A DNA stretch of 64,000 nt from Bacterioplanoides sp. (GCF_965219715.1 NZ_OZ244785.1:484673-548672); one strand, 5' to 3'. Counted from the stretch's first letter, positions 20,971 through 31,221 are shown. Made by a program: numbers and translations. Notes: a model not told the origin generated them from the letters alone.

Positions 20971-22542
20971 TCAGGCAGCCCGTGTTTCTTTTTCTTCAGC
21001 AGATTCTTCCGTGACCTGAGACTTGCGGCCCTGTTTGGCTTTCTCTGTTGGTTTTGGCAGGCGCCAGCCAAAATAGCCACACACCAATGCCAGGGCAATC
21101 AGTGTCAGGTGAATGCCATCAACAATCTCATTGCCGCCACCAATCCAGCGTTGGCTGATAACGCCATCGGCAACGATAACTGACAATAGCGCAACCACGG
21201 TGGCGGCCAGATAACCGCGGGTGCGTGCGTGCAGATCGCGACCAAACATGGCTGGCAGGATGGCGATAAACCAGGCACCCCAGAAAATCGCTTCTTCGGT
21301 GTGATGTTGTTCTTCACCCAGGTTCAGTGGCAGCAGCCATTGGCTGGCGCCCAGGGTAATGCCACAGCTGACCACCAGTCCGGCGCAAATGCCGAGTGTC
21401 AGGCGCGCCAGCATATGAGGTTTATCAAGTTCGGCAGTGTTGTCGCTGCTGGCCTGACCCTGTTTTTTCTTCGCCAGCCAGATCATATTGCCGCTGATGA
21501 TCAGGGCACACAGCGCCAGAGTTGAAATGGCATAGAAGAATTTCAGCGCCATATCACCAAATAACACGTAATGCAGTGGCGTCACTGCGGCGAAGATGCG
21601 CTGGAACGGACCTTTCTCAACGCCGTTTAATTCATGAATCTGAGCGCCGTCTTTCAGCTGGAAGGTAATGCTCTGCAGATTGCTCAATGCATCTTTGTGG
21701 TTGCCGGAGAACTTCGCCACACCACCGGCATCACCATAGCCATCCACCTGGATAAAGGTCACATCCAGCTCGGGTTGAATGGTTAAAGTGCGCTGGTACA
21801 GCTCATTTAAAGAAACTGCTGGGGCGGCCTCTCCGACCACTTCGGCGGTTGGGCCTAAAACAGCGATGGTGGCTTTTTCGACATCACCGTCGAACTTCGC
21901 CAGTGCCAGGATCGGAGAGATCAGTCCCAGTAAGCCAAGAATGGTGCCGGTGAATGCCAGAATAAAAGAGAACGGCAGCGTCCACAGGCCCATCAATTTG
22001 TGGTGATCCGTCAGCAACAAACGCCAGCTGCGTTTAGGGCGCAACATCACAAACTCTTTGCGCCATTTGGTATGAATGACAATACCGGCAATGATCGACA
22101 GCAGCATAACCATACCCGCCAGGCCAACCAGGTAGCGACCAAAAGGGCGAGGGATATGCAGATCCGTGTGCAGGTGTTCGAAAATATGAGATACCTCGGA
22201 GCCACCAATATCGATTTGCTGATAGTTTTCCAATTCAACATAACGGATCACGGAGTTTTCACCGTCGAAGCGGGCGACCATGCCGTAACCTTTGTCGGTT
22301 TCTGGTGCGACAAAGAAGGTCTCGGTACCGAATTCTTCGCTGTTGGCTGCAGCCAGCAATCGATCCAGGTCAATGGATTCGGCTGGCTTTAGATTATTCA
22401 GCGTGGTGGACTGCCAGTTCTCCAGTTCGTGGGCAAACATGGCCGGAAAGCCGGAAAAGGTGACCACAAACAATAAAATTCCGGCCAGGATACCGAGCCA
22501 GGTATGGGCGCCGTAAAACACCTTATGGGTACGTTGTTGCAT
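20971..22542 (-). CDS. PepSY-associated TM helix protein (iron-uptake membrane reductase family)
   Basis: AHTWLG, EHLHTDLH, DHHKLMG and PLHY His motifs, plus extra C-terminal TMs. Confidence 0.85.
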   Translation of the reverse strand: MQQRTHKVFYGAHTWLGILAGILLFVVTFSGFPAMFAHELENWQSTTLNNLKPAESIDLDRLLAAANSEEFGTETFFVAPETDKGYGMVARFDGENSVIRYVELENYQQIDIGGSEVSHIFEHLHTDLHIPRPFGRYLVGLAGMVMLLSIIAGIVIHTKWRKEFVMLRPKRSWRLLLTDHHKLMGLWTLPFSFILAFTGTILGLLGLISPILALAKFDGDVEKATIAVLGPTAEVVGEAAPAVSLNELYQRTLTIQPELDVTFIQVDGYGDAGGVAKFSGNHKDALSNLQSITFQLKDGAQIHELNGVEKGPFQRIFAAVTPLHYVLFGDMALKFFYAISTLALCALIISGNMIWLAKKKQGQASSDNTAELDKPHMLARLTLGICAGLVVSCGITLGASQWLLPLNLGEEQHHTEEAIFWGAWFIAILPAMFGRDLHARTRGYLAATVVALLSVIVADGVISQRWIGGGNEIVDGIHLTLIALALVCGYFGWRLPKPTEKAKQGRKSQVTEESAEEKETRAA

Positions 22543-22552
22543 ACAGAACTTC

Positions 22553-22843
22553 CTAAGCGAATACGGTCAGAGACAGGGCGTCGTAAATACCAAACGCCAA
22601 TAACAGTGAACCAACTCTGGCCCAGGCTTTTAATCCGCCGTCTGCCAGCAGCGCCCAGTAAAACAGTGACGCCCAGAACACAAAGAAGAACACACCACCG
22701 GCAAAAATCTGTTCGACTTTATCGCCGAACGGCCATGACAGGGTGATGGCGATGGTCAGGCTGATGGTCGTCAGGAAAGCACCAAGAATCGCGGCGGTGA
22801 TCTGACTGGCATTAGAGTTAAATTTGCGTTTAAACCAGAGCAT
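22553..22843 (-). CDS. DUF3649-like small iron-uptake membrane protein
   Basis: 3-TM protein within the Fur-boxed operon; likely ATG at 22843. Confidence 0.6.
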   Translation of the reverse strand: MLWFKRKFNSNASQITAAILGAFLTTISLTIAITLSWPFGDKVEQIFAGGVFFFVFWASLFYWALLADGGLKAWARVGSLLLAFGIYDALSLTVFA

Positions 22844-23120
22844 AAATACCTCCGGCAATACTGATGGCGGTAATGGCCTGAACCAGTACCGGGCGCCAGA
22901 TACGCAGCTGAACAAAAACCACAGAACAGGCCATCAGCGAAAACAGCAGATAAAAAATACCTTTTTCCCAACCGTACGGCTGGCTAGCAAATAAGAAGGC
23001 TGCGAATAACAGAGCACGGCCAGCATAGCGGCGGCGCTGGTCAATTTTGTCACTGCGATGCTGGTTTACACCGTACATCAGATGCAGAGCAGGCCAGAGG
23101 GCAAAAACCGCAATGGGCAT
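22830..23120 (-). CDS. DUF3325-like membrane protein
   Basis: LMYGVNQHR motif and 3 TMs; usually clustered with PepSY-TM genes. Confidence 0.65.
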   Translation of the reverse strand: MPIAVFALWPALHLMYGVNQHRSDKIDQRRRYAGRALLFAAFLFASQPYGWEKGIFYLLFSLMACSVVFVQLRIWRPVLVQAITAISIAGGIYALV

Positions 23121-23162
23121 AAGGGCTTACCTGATAATTTTATAAAACGCGAATGGTAATGA

Positions 23163-23181
23163 AATGCAAATGATTATCAAG
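23163..23181 (-). promoter_or_regulatory. Fur box
   Basis: Minus-strand TGATAATCATTTGCA upstream of the DUF3325-DUF3649-PepSY operon. Confidence 0.7.
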
Positions 23182-23264
23182 GTTTTTTGAATGCTGCGAA
23201 GGATATTGTCAGAAGCGATGAAATGGGTGCTTGGAGACGCTGGGTTTCAAGCTTTGTCAGCTCG

Positions 23265-23279
23265 GTAAAGATGGGTAAA
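23265..23279 (+). promoter_or_regulatory. CpxR-type box
   Basis: Exact GTAAA-N5-GTAAA about 90 bp upstream of the RND operon. Confidence 0.55.
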
Positions 23280-23368
23280 AGCCGTAACCTTGGGCTTTTG
23301 TGGCTGCTTATCATAGCCACCTGTCCCTAACCTTCCTATGGTTATTCAACGCTAAAAAGGAACCCTTT

Positions 23369-24775
23369 ATGACTGCCGTCGTCCGACGACCTCTGATGGC
23401 TGCTTTGTTGTTGCCCTTGCTTTTGCAAGGGTTAACTGCCTGTAGCAGCGTCGAGTCTGTCCCTCAGCCCGAATTCGAATCATCAGAATTATTGTCTGGC
23501 TTTGCCGACTCGGAGACGACTGCGACGCAGAGCCGCTGGTGGAATGAATTCAGTGACGTTCAGCTGGATCAACTGGTCAGTCAGGCGCTGGAGAAAAATT
23601 ACGATCTGAAAGCATCTCTGGCGCGGTTGCGCCAGAGTGAGGCGTTGTTACGTATTAACTCCGCTGATCAGTACCCAAGCGTTAATCTCAATGCCGGAAA
23701 AAACCGCAGCTGGCGTGAGAATTCTACCGGAGACAGCTGGTCCGCCGGGCTAAGTGCCAGTTACGAGATCGATTTCTGGGGATCGGTTGCAGCAACTCGT
23801 CAACGTGCAGAATACGATTTATTAGCCACGCGTGCCGCCAGCCGGATTCAGGCCAATACAGTGGCCAGTCAGGTTGGGATTGCCTGGTTTGGTTTATTAC
23901 ACGAGACCTATCTCATAGAACTGTTGAATCAGCAGAAGCAACGGATTGAATCCGGACTGAAGGTCATTAATGCCCGCTTCCAGCGTGGTCAATCTCAGGT
24001 TTCCGACGTCTGGCAGCAACAAACTCTGCTGGAATCCATTAACGGTGATCTGGTGTCAGCAACCGCAAAGCGGGATATTTATCAGCAGCAGTTACAGTTA
24101 TGGCTCGCATCTGACATCAACATCAATCTGCAGCAAATGACATTGCCTGCTGTTGCTGTTAGCCGTATGGAGGTTAATGCGGCGGCGTTGTTCGAACGCC
24201 CGGATGTGCAGCGGGCCTTCTTTAACGTGCAGTCGGCAAATGCTGGGGTCGCCGTCGCCGAAGCCAATCGTTATCCGCGTTTTACCTTAACTGCCAGCTA
24301 CAACGGTCAGGATCCAAATATTGAAAACGTGTTTGATAACTGGGTAGCGAACCTAGCAGGTAATCTGGTGTTACCTCTTATTGATGGAGGAAATCGCCGT
24401 GCTCAGGTCGATAGTCAGCAGGCGCTGTTGGAAGCTGAGATTGCCGCCTATCAGCAGGTGTATCTGAAAGCCGCGCAACAGGTTCAGGAATTATTGGTGA
24501 CGCTGGATGAACAGCAGCGTCTTGATACCAGCTTGCAGCGCCAGCTGCAGTTGGCGCAGAAAACCGAATCGTTCCAGACCAGCCGCTACCGCAAGGGCGT
24601 TGGCGATTATTTATCGCTATTAAATGCCCAGCGTGACGTACTTAAACTGGAGCGGCAGTTGCTGGCTAACCAGCTGAATTTTAACCAGTCCCGCATTCGT
24701 TTATACCAGGCTGTCAGTCATGGGCGTTTTTCTGAATCCCACACTGACACTCAACCGTTATCACAGGAATCCTGA
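23369..24775 (+). CDS. RND outer-membrane factor lipoprotein (NodT/OprM family)
   Basis: Lipobox LTAC, WWNEFSDVQLDQLV, SYEIDFWG and YRKGVGDYLSLL; ATG at 23369 after AAGGA. Confidence 0.92.
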   Translation: MTAVVRRPLMAALLLPLLLQGLTACSSVESVPQPEFESSELLSGFADSETTATQSRWWNEFSDVQLDQLVSQALEKNYDLKASLARLRQSEALLRINSADQYPSVNLNAGKNRSWRENSTGDSWSAGLSASYEIDFWGSVAATRQRAEYDLLATRAASRIQANTVASQVGIAWFGLLHETYLIELLNQQKQRIESGLKVINARFQRGQSQVSDVWQQQTLLESINGDLVSATAKRDIYQQQLQLWLASDININLQQMTLPAVAVSRMEVNAAALFERPDVQRAFFNVQSANAGVAVAEANRYPRFTLTASYNGQDPNIENVFDNWVANLAGNLVLPLIDGGNRRAQVDSQQALLEAEIAAYQQVYLKAAQQVQELLVTLDEQQRLDTSLQRQLQLAQKTESFQTSRYRKGVGDYLSLLNAQRDVLKLERQLLANQLNFNQSRIRLYQAVSHGRFSESHTDTQPLSQES

Positions 24776-24780
24776 CAGTT

Positions 24781-26079
24781 ATGAGCTCCGTTAATGATCC
24801 GTATCGCCATTCGGGCGACCATTCCGGCAATAAAGGCAGTGCCGTAAAAAGTATTCTGATCGGTGTTGGCGTTCTGGCGATGGGTATCGCGATAGCGGTG
24901 TGGGTGGTAAAGAGCGCGCCGAAACCCGGAAAGGTGGTACCTGAAACCAAAGCCCGGTTAGTGGAAGTTGAACCGTTATTAATGCAAAGCAGCCGTCCGA
25001 CCTGGCAGGCCGGTGGTCAGGTGACTGCGTCACAACAGGTCATGTTAAAACCCCAGGTCAACGGCCGGGTTATTGCCATTGCTGAGGCTGCGGTTCCGGG
25101 TGCCCGATTAGCGCAGGGAGATTTATTAGCGCGTATCGATCCTAAGGATTTTCGCCTGATGCTGGAGCAGAAGCAGGCGGCTTACACCCAGGCAATGGCG
25201 GATCTGGATATCGAAAAAGGCCAGGCGTCGCTGGCACGGGAAGAATACGAACTGTCAGAAGCCCGGTTATCGCCACAAGACAAAGCTCTGGTGTTACGTG
25301 AACCACAGATTGCCAAGGCCAAAGCGGCGGTAAAAACCGCCAAAGCCAATCTCAATCAAGCCAGGCTGGATCTGCAGCGCAGCGAAATTCGTATGCCGTT
25401 CCCCGGTCAGATTAACAGCCGTAACGTTTCCATCGGCAGTCAGGTGTCAGCCAGCTCTGATGTGTTCGACCTGATCAGCACCGATGAATTCTGGATTGAA
25501 GTAAAAATTCCGGCGGCGTTTCTGCCATGGTTGGATAAACAACATATCGTTGAAATCACCATGCCGGGCTGGCAGGGAAAAACCCGCGAAGCCCGCGTTC
25601 TCAACGTATTGCCTGCGGTAGACAGTACCGATCGCCAGGTAAAACTGGTGTTGGCGATTCAAGACCCGCTGGCGTTGCAAAACAGTGATTTACCTCCGGT
25701 GCTGTTAAACGATTTTGTTGAAGTGCAGTTGTTTGGTCGCGAGTTGAAAAACACGTATCAGATTGAAACCCGCCACCTCAATAATAACGATGAGGTATGG
25801 GTGGTCAGTGCCAACAATGAACTGCAAAAACGGGCGGTGACCGTGTTGTATCACGGCCGGGAAATGTCCTGGGTCGCAGTTGAAAATGCCGCCGAAGCTA
25901 ATGGCCAGGTCGATAGCCAAGCCGGTAACAACAGCGGATTTAACGCTGACGATCGCTTGCTGGTCAGTCGTGTCGATGCACCTGTGCCTGGGTATCCGGT
26001 TCGTATCCTGGGTGATAGGCAAGCCGCTGGCGCTGAAGACGCACTGGCCGATCATACTGATGGCAAGCCACAGCGCTAA
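24781..26079 (+). CDS. RND membrane fusion (periplasmic adaptor) protein
   Basis: N-terminal TM, LKPQVNGRVI lipoyl half, coiled hairpin, EIRMPFPG. Confidence 0.92.
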   Translation: MSSVNDPYRHSGDHSGNKGSAVKSILIGVGVLAMGIAIAVWVVKSAPKPGKVVPETKARLVEVEPLLMQSSRPTWQAGGQVTASQQVMLKPQVNGRVIAIAEAAVPGARLAQGDLLARIDPKDFRLMLEQKQAAYTQAMADLDIEKGQASLAREEYELSEARLSPQDKALVLREPQIAKAKAAVKTAKANLNQARLDLQRSEIRMPFPGQINSRNVSIGSQVSASSDVFDLISTDEFWIEVKIPAAFLPWLDKQHIVEITMPGWQGKTREARVLNVLPAVDSTDRQVKLVLAIQDPLALQNSDLPPVLLNDFVEVQLFGRELKNTYQIETRHLNNNDEVWVVSANNELQKRAVTVLYHGREMSWVAVENAAEANGQVDSQAGNNSGFNADDRLLVSRVDAPVPGYPVRILGDRQAAGAEDALADHTDGKPQR

Positions 26080-26092
26080 CAGGAGATAACCG

Positions 26093-29000
26093 ATGAGTAT
26101 TGATCATAAGCTCGCTTCTCGTCGCGGGCCTGTTGCCTGGATGTCGGAACACCGGGTTGCTCCGAACCTGCTGATGGCATTTTTAATTGTTGGCGGCTTT
26201 TTGATGTCGCTGGTTATCCGCAAAGAATTTATCCCTCCATTTGAAGCCGACATGATTATTGTTGGCGTCGCTTATCCCGGCGCTACGCCGTCGGAAATGG
26301 AAAAAGGCGTGGTGTTGCCAATCGAAAACGAACTGGCATCGCTGGAAGGCTTTAAAGAAATAAAATCGTCGGCCAGTCGGGGTTCGGCAGATGTTCGGAT
26401 TGAACTGGAGAACGGTGTCGATCGACAAAAAGCCTATCAGGATATCCAGCAGGCGGTTAACCGTATCAGTACCTTCCCGGCGGATATCGAGCGACCGGTA
26501 GTGAGCATTGCCAGTCGTTCCATTGAAGTGATGGAGCTGGCGTTTTTTGGGCCGTTAGAGCGCTTTGAATTAAAGCGTCTGGCAGAGCGGGTAAAAGATC
26601 AGCTACTGTCGTCGCCACAAATCAGTAAGGTCGAATTAAAAGGCATGCCGGATGAAGAAATTCAGATCGAAATCCGTCAGCGCGATTTGCAACGTTACGG
26701 TTTAAGCCTCAACGAAGTTGCCAATATCATCAGTAATAATGCATTGGAGCAAAGTGCCGGTGCCGTGAAAACCGATGGTGGAGATATTCTGGTTACCTTA
26801 AATGATCGTGTTTATTGGGCTGCGGGTTTTAAAGATATTCCGCTGATCAGTGATGACGGTGGTGTGCGTGTGCGACTGGGTGATGTGGCCACCATTCGTG
26901 AAGGCTTCAGTGACAGTGCAAGGCTGGTGACCTACAACGGTCAGACTTCTGTACGCTTCGATATTTTCCGGGGTGAAAATCAGACGCCGTTAACCGTGGT
27001 TGAAGCAGCCTACGTTGAGCTGGAAAAAATACGCGCTGAATTACCGCCGGGCGTTGAAATTATTATCACCGATGATGATGGTGAAACGTATCGTCAGCGT
27101 GTTGGCCTGTTATTAAAAAATGCCGCCATTGGTTTAATTCTGGTGATGGTGCTGTTGAGTTTGTTCCTGGAATATAAGCTGGCCTTCTGGGTCACCATGG
27201 GTATTCCAACGGCCTTTATGGGGGCGATGTTGTTGCTGCCTATCTGGGATGTGTCGATCAATATGGTGTCGATGTTCGCCTTTATTGTTGCCCTCGGGAT
27301 TGTGGTCGATGACGCCATTATTGCTGGTGAAAATATTTACGAACATATGCAGCGTGGCATGCCGTTCCACGATGCGGCCATTGTTGGCGCACGGGAAGTG
27401 GCGATGCCATTGGCGTTTGCGATTCTCACCAATATTGCCGCTTTCCTGCCGTTATTAAGTCTGCCGGGTATGATGGGCAAGCTGTTCCTTGCCATTCCGA
27501 TTGTGGTGATCAGTTGCTTTATGATTTCCTGGCTGGAAGCGCTGTTTATTTTGCCGACACACTTAGCGCATCTGAAAGAGAAAAATCCTTCCGCAATCGG
27601 TCGTAAAGTCGATGCCATGCAGGCACGGGTCGATAAGCGGCTGCATCATTTTATTAATAACACCTATCTTCCGGTTTTAAATAAGGTACTGGCGAATCCG
27701 GGGTTAACTCTGATTACCGCCATTTCTATTGCGTTTGTGGTGATGTCGTACCCGGCCAGCGGTCGTATGGGCTTCAGCATGTTTCCGCGTCTTGAGGGTG
27801 AGTTTGCCGTTGCGACGGTTGAGCTGCCGAGCAATGCGCCATTCGATCAGGCGAAAGCGGTTCGTGAACATCTCGAGAAAAGTCTGTACCAGGTGTCGCA
27901 ACCGTTTGATGACGCCGATGTACCGTTAGTGATCAGTGTTGAGGGCAATATCACCGGCTCCAGCATTGAAGTAGAAGCGCGTTTGGTTCCGAACGAAGTG
28001 CGTCCGATCAGTGCCAATGAAACGGTAAAACGCTGGCGGGAAATAATTGGAGAAATCCCCGGTATCCGCAGCTTAACCTTTGATGCCGAGCGCGGCGGCG
28101 GCCCGTCCGGTGGTTTTGGTTTAACCGTCGAATTGCGCGGCAGTAACAGTGATGAGTTGCGTTTGGCCAGTGCCGAACTGGCGAATCAGCTGGCACAGCT
28201 GTCGGGTGTTACCGATGTTGCCAACAGTTTTGAAGCCGGCTCACCCCAGTGGGATGTTGAATTAAATCAACTGGGCCGAAGCCTTAATCTCGATGCGAAC
28301 AACGTTGCACGCCAGGTCCGCTCGGCATTATATGGCGCCCGTGCGCTACGTCAGCAACGTGAACGGAATGAAGTGACGGTGCTGGTGCGTTTGCCACTGG
28401 AAGAGCGCTCTTTCAGTGCAGATATCGAACGCCTGCAGATTCGGACTCCGGCTGGTGGTTATGTGCAGCTGGGTGATATCGCCACGCTGAAGAAAGAACG
28501 TGCCCCGGCCAAGATCAGTCGTCGCGATGGTGAGCAAATCGTAAAAGTCACCTCCGAAGTTGAGCCTCGGGAACAGATACCGGCAGCGATGGATGTTCTG
28601 CGTGAAGATGTCTTCCCATTATTGCAGGCGCGTTTTCCGTCGGTGGATTTCAGCTTCCGCGGACGCCAGGCGAATACTCAGGAAACCATGGATAACCTGC
28701 AGCTGTATGGCATGTTCTCGTTGTTGCTGATTTATGTGTTGCTGGCGATTCCATTCCGCAGCTACGCACAGCCGTTGCTGATTATGCTGGTGATTCCGTT
28801 TGGCGCAGTAGGAGCGATTATTGGCCATATTATGCTTGGTTACGGTTTGTCGATCATGAGCATAATGGGCATTGTGGCATTGGCCGGTGTGGTGGTGAAC
28901 GACAGTCTGATTCTGGTGACCTATGCCAATGAACAACAACAAAAGGGACTGTCGGCCTTTGAAGCGGTGCGTGCGGCAGGTGTGCGTCGCTTCCGTCCTA

Positions 29001-29248
29001 TTTTGCTGACCACGCTAACGACCTTTGGTGGTCTGTCGCCGATGGTGTTTGAAACGTCACGCCAAGCGCAGTTTATTACGCCAATGGCGGTGTCACTTGG
29101 CTTTGGTATTTTGTTTACCACCTTTGTCTGCTTACTGATCCTGCCAGCGATTTATGTGCTGCTGGATACCGTTCAGCAAAAACTGGGCTTTAACACCATG
29201 CGCACGGAGCCTGCTTCCCAGGCGGTATCTGAGCAAGTGTCGCAGTAG
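26093..29248 (+). CDS. RND efflux permease (AcrB/AcrD/AcrF family)
   Basis: 1051 aa; GIVVDDAII, VVNDSLILV and RFRPILLTTLTT. Confidence 0.96.
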   Translation: MSIDHKLASRRGPVAWMSEHRVAPNLLMAFLIVGGFLMSLVIRKEFIPPFEADMIIVGVAYPGATPSEMEKGVVLPIENELASLEGFKEIKSSASRGSADVRIELENGVDRQKAYQDIQQAVNRISTFPADIERPVVSIASRSIEVMELAFFGPLERFELKRLAERVKDQLLSSPQISKVELKGMPDEEIQIEIRQRDLQRYGLSLNEVANIISNNALEQSAGAVKTDGGDILVTLNDRVYWAAGFKDIPLISDDGGVRVRLGDVATIREGFSDSARLVTYNGQTSVRFDIFRGENQTPLTVVEAAYVELEKIRAELPPGVEIIITDDDGETYRQRVGLLLKNAAIGLILVMVLLSLFLEYKLAFWVTMGIPTAFMGAMLLLPIWDVSINMVSMFAFIVALGIVVDDAIIAGENIYEHMQRGMPFHDAAIVGAREVAMPLAFAILTNIAAFLPLLSLPGMMGKLFLAIPIVVISCFMISWLEALFILPTHLAHLKEKNPSAIGRKVDAMQARVDKRLHHFINNTYLPVLNKVLANPGLTLITAISIAFVVMSYPASGRMGFSMFPRLEGEFAVATVELPSNAPFDQAKAVREHLEKSLYQVSQPFDDADVPLVISVEGNITGSSIEVEARLVPNEVRPISANETVKRWREIIGEIPGIRSLTFDAERGGGPSGGFGLTVELRGSNSDELRLASAELANQLAQLSGVTDVANSFEAGSPQWDVELNQLGRSLNLDANNVARQVRSALYGARALRQQRERNEVTVLVRLPLEERSFSADIERLQIRTPAGGYVQLGDIATLKKERAPAKISRRDGEQIVKVTSEVEPREQIPAAMDVLREDVFPLLQARFPSVDFSFRGRQANTQETMDNLQLYGMFSLLLIYVLLAIPFRSYAQPLLIMLVIPFGAVGAIIGHIMLGYGLSIMSIMGIVALAGVVVNDSLILVTYANEQQQKGLSAFEAVRAAGVRRFRPILLTTLTTFGGLSPMVFETSRQAQFITPMAVSLGFGILFTTFVCLLILPAIYVLLDTVQQKLGFNTMRTEPASQAVSEQVSQ

Positions 29249-29321
29249 GGGCAATGGTCGTACCGGGTTTGGACGGACTGCTGAGTATTAACTCTCAGCG
29301 GCCAAATTCATGCTTGGGATG

Positions 29322-29552
29322 TTAATACACGTCATTTTCACTGATTAGCTCAACACCAATACTGCCGTCGCCCATTGGGTCGCTGATTAAGCGGATGTAG
29401 ATAGGGCGACAACACACCTGGCAGTCCTGTTGTTGATCAAGACTTAGCTCATCCAGCTGATCGTCCAGCTCGTCATACTCCGGCAATTCGATAAATACAG
29501 TAATGAGTTCGTTGCAGTAGGGGCAGCTACGGCTGTGTTCAATAACCGGCAT
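29322..29552 (-). CDS. CPXCG-motif cysteine-rich protein
   Basis: CPYCNE..QDCQVCCRPI. Confidence 0.85.
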   Translation of the reverse strand: MPVIEHSRSCPYCNELITVFIELPEYDELDDQLDELSLDQQQDCQVCCRPIYIRLISDPMGDGSIGVELISENDVY

Positions 29553-29561
29553 CGCGACCTC

Positions 29562-30074
29562 TCAGAGTAGTGATTGTTGTGGTGTGAACAATTCAATGCG
29601 GTCGCCGAGCCGAATTTTCCCTGAGTGAATGACCTTACAGCATAAGCCACCATGGCCAAGCATGGCGGCCAGGCCACCTTTGCCCAGCTCCTGTTCCATA
29701 CGACTGCAGGGATGACACAGAGCGGTGGCTTCGAAGACAGCGTCACCAATTTTGAACGTCTGGTAGCGCAGTGCATTAAGGTTGATATTGCGCACCACCA
29801 GATTGCGTCTCAGTTGCTCCGGGCGAACGACTTTGCCGCCGAGGAAATGGCCAATCTGCTGAATAAACTCTTCGCTGATCAATGTGACCTGGCGGCCGCT
29901 ACCGGGAGTTTTTTCCATGCGGTGGTCGCCTTTAAGGCCCAGTGTGGCCACGGCCTGGGTGCTTTCTAATGATTGCATCGACATACGTCTGCCGGGACGA
30001 ACGCCAATCCAGCTCAACTCGCCGGGCGGCAACTGGGTAACATAGCGGGAGAATAATCTGCTCTGGGCTGACAT
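29562..30074 (-). CDS. MOSC domain protein
   Basis: GLKGDH, RQVTLI, LRRNLVV and CHPCSRME motifs. Confidence 0.9.
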   Translation of the reverse strand: MSAQSRLFSRYVTQLPPGELSWIGVRPGRRMSMQSLESTQAVATLGLKGDHRMEKTPGSGRQVTLISEEFIQQIGHFLGGKVVRPEQLRRNLVVRNINLNALRYQTFKIGDAVFEATALCHPCSRMEQELGKGGLAAMLGHGGLCCKVIHSGKIRLGDRIELFTPQQSLL

Positions 30075-30177
30075 AACAAAATCACTTTAACGTACAACTA
30101 AACACGACCAGTGTGATGGTCGCAGGTTTGTGGCTGAAGCGTAAAGTAAATGGTGCAGGCTTCTGCGGTGGCTTTTG

Positions 30178-30243
30178 CTTTGCACTTTCACTTTGCACTT
30201 TGCACTTTGCACTTTGCACTTTGCACTTTGCACTTTGCACTTT
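30178..30243. repeat. 7-bp tandem repeat (CTTTGCA)n, VNTR
   Basis: Seven perfect contiguous copies at 30191-30239, preceded by one full copy (30178-30184) and a 6-bp variant CTTTCA. Confidence 0.95.
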
Positions 30244-30314
30244 CGCTTCGTGCATTTCAGGCGAGATATCAGAGTGATGCTGCAATGTGAGGAATACTAA
30301 TGACAACATGAGAA

Positions 30315-31151
30315 ATGACCAATTTTCTTCATGAGACCAATTTATTAGAGTGCTGCCCGGTTATTCATCGCAACAGGAACTTTACCGTGGCTCATATTCT
30401 TCACTCCGATTTCTCCGCTGGCAGTCATCAGCTCCAGGAAGCGTTCTCGCTGTCCAACCTGATTGGGGAAATGGCTGCGGTGATGGGATGTGAAGTGGCA
30501 TCGTCTGGTTTGAGATTCGGTGAAGATCATCCGTATCAAGCGCCAGTCGTTGGGAAAAACACTCAGTTTTCATTTAATCCGGGTGTGTTACAGCAACAAT
30601 GGCGTCAGGACAAAGCATCAAACTCCGAGGTTAAACCGGCAATTCTTGGGCCACTGACGTTTCTGGCGCTGGCAGAAAACGAAGATGGCAGTGATCCACT
30701 ATCACTGCTTGACCAGCTGATCCCGTTGTACAGTGAGCTGCTGGAATTGTTTGCGGCAGAAGGGGCGGAATGGGTTCAGATAGATGAGCCCATTCTGGTG
30801 ACTGAGCTGTCACTGGCATGGAAGATCGCTTTTGAACAGTCCTACCACACACTGAAGGCGAATCGTCCGAATATTTTACTGGCCACGTATTTTGGTGCGT
30901 TAAAAGATAACCTGCAGCTGGCCTGTAACTTACCAGTAGCCGGGTTGCACCTGGATGTTGCTGCTGATCGTTCAGAGCTTAACCGTGTGATTGACTGGTT
31001 ACCCATTCATAAGGTGCTGTCGTTGGCGGTTATAGTGGGAGCTGAATCGTCGGAAACCGACACGGTGCGCGGCGCTGAACGTTCTGGTTGGCTGCAGTCA
31101 TTAGCGGAAAAGCTCGGCGAAAGATTATGGCTGGCTTCTGCCTGTCGCTGA
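30315..31151 (+). CDS. MetE N-terminal-domain-only protein (no catalytic C-terminal barrel)
   Basis: KPAILGPLTFL, WVQIDEP, LLATYFG and LPVAGLHLD; ends at LWLASAC with a terminator downstream. Confidence 0.75.
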   Translation: MTNFLHETNLLECCPVIHRNRNFTVAHILHSDFSAGSHQLQEAFSLSNLIGEMAAVMGCEVASSGLRFGEDHPYQAPVVGKNTQFSFNPGVLQQQWRQDKASNSEVKPAILGPLTFLALAENEDGSDPLSLLDQLIPLYSELLELFAAEGAEWVQIDEPILVTELSLAWKIAFEQSYHTLKANRPNILLATYFGALKDNLQLACNLPVAGLHLDVAADRSELNRVIDWLPIHKVLSLAVIVGAESSETDTVRGAERSGWLQSLAEKLGERLWLASACR

Positions 31152-31198
31152 TTTTTGTTTATCGCTGGTTTCGGCTCGTCGCGAACAGCGGAGCACGG

Positions 31199-31221
31199 AG
31201 CATCCGATAGGATGCTTTTTT
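31199..31221 (+). terminator. Intrinsic terminator
   Basis: AGCATCC-GATA-GGATGCT-TTTTT. Confidence 0.7.

Noticed and set aside
29280-29301. GCTGAG..CTCAGC inverted repeat as an operator
   Set aside because: It lies between convergent stop codons, so it is more simply a terminator-like hairpin.
30082-30309. 75-aa minus-strand ORF with SAKCKVQ repeats
   Set aside because: It is simply the translation of the 7-bp tandem repeat; no RBS or protein-like context.
30075-30314. Cobalamin or SAM riboswitch upstream of the MetE-like gene
   Set aside because: No B12-box or other recognisable aptamer core; most of the space is the tandem repeat.
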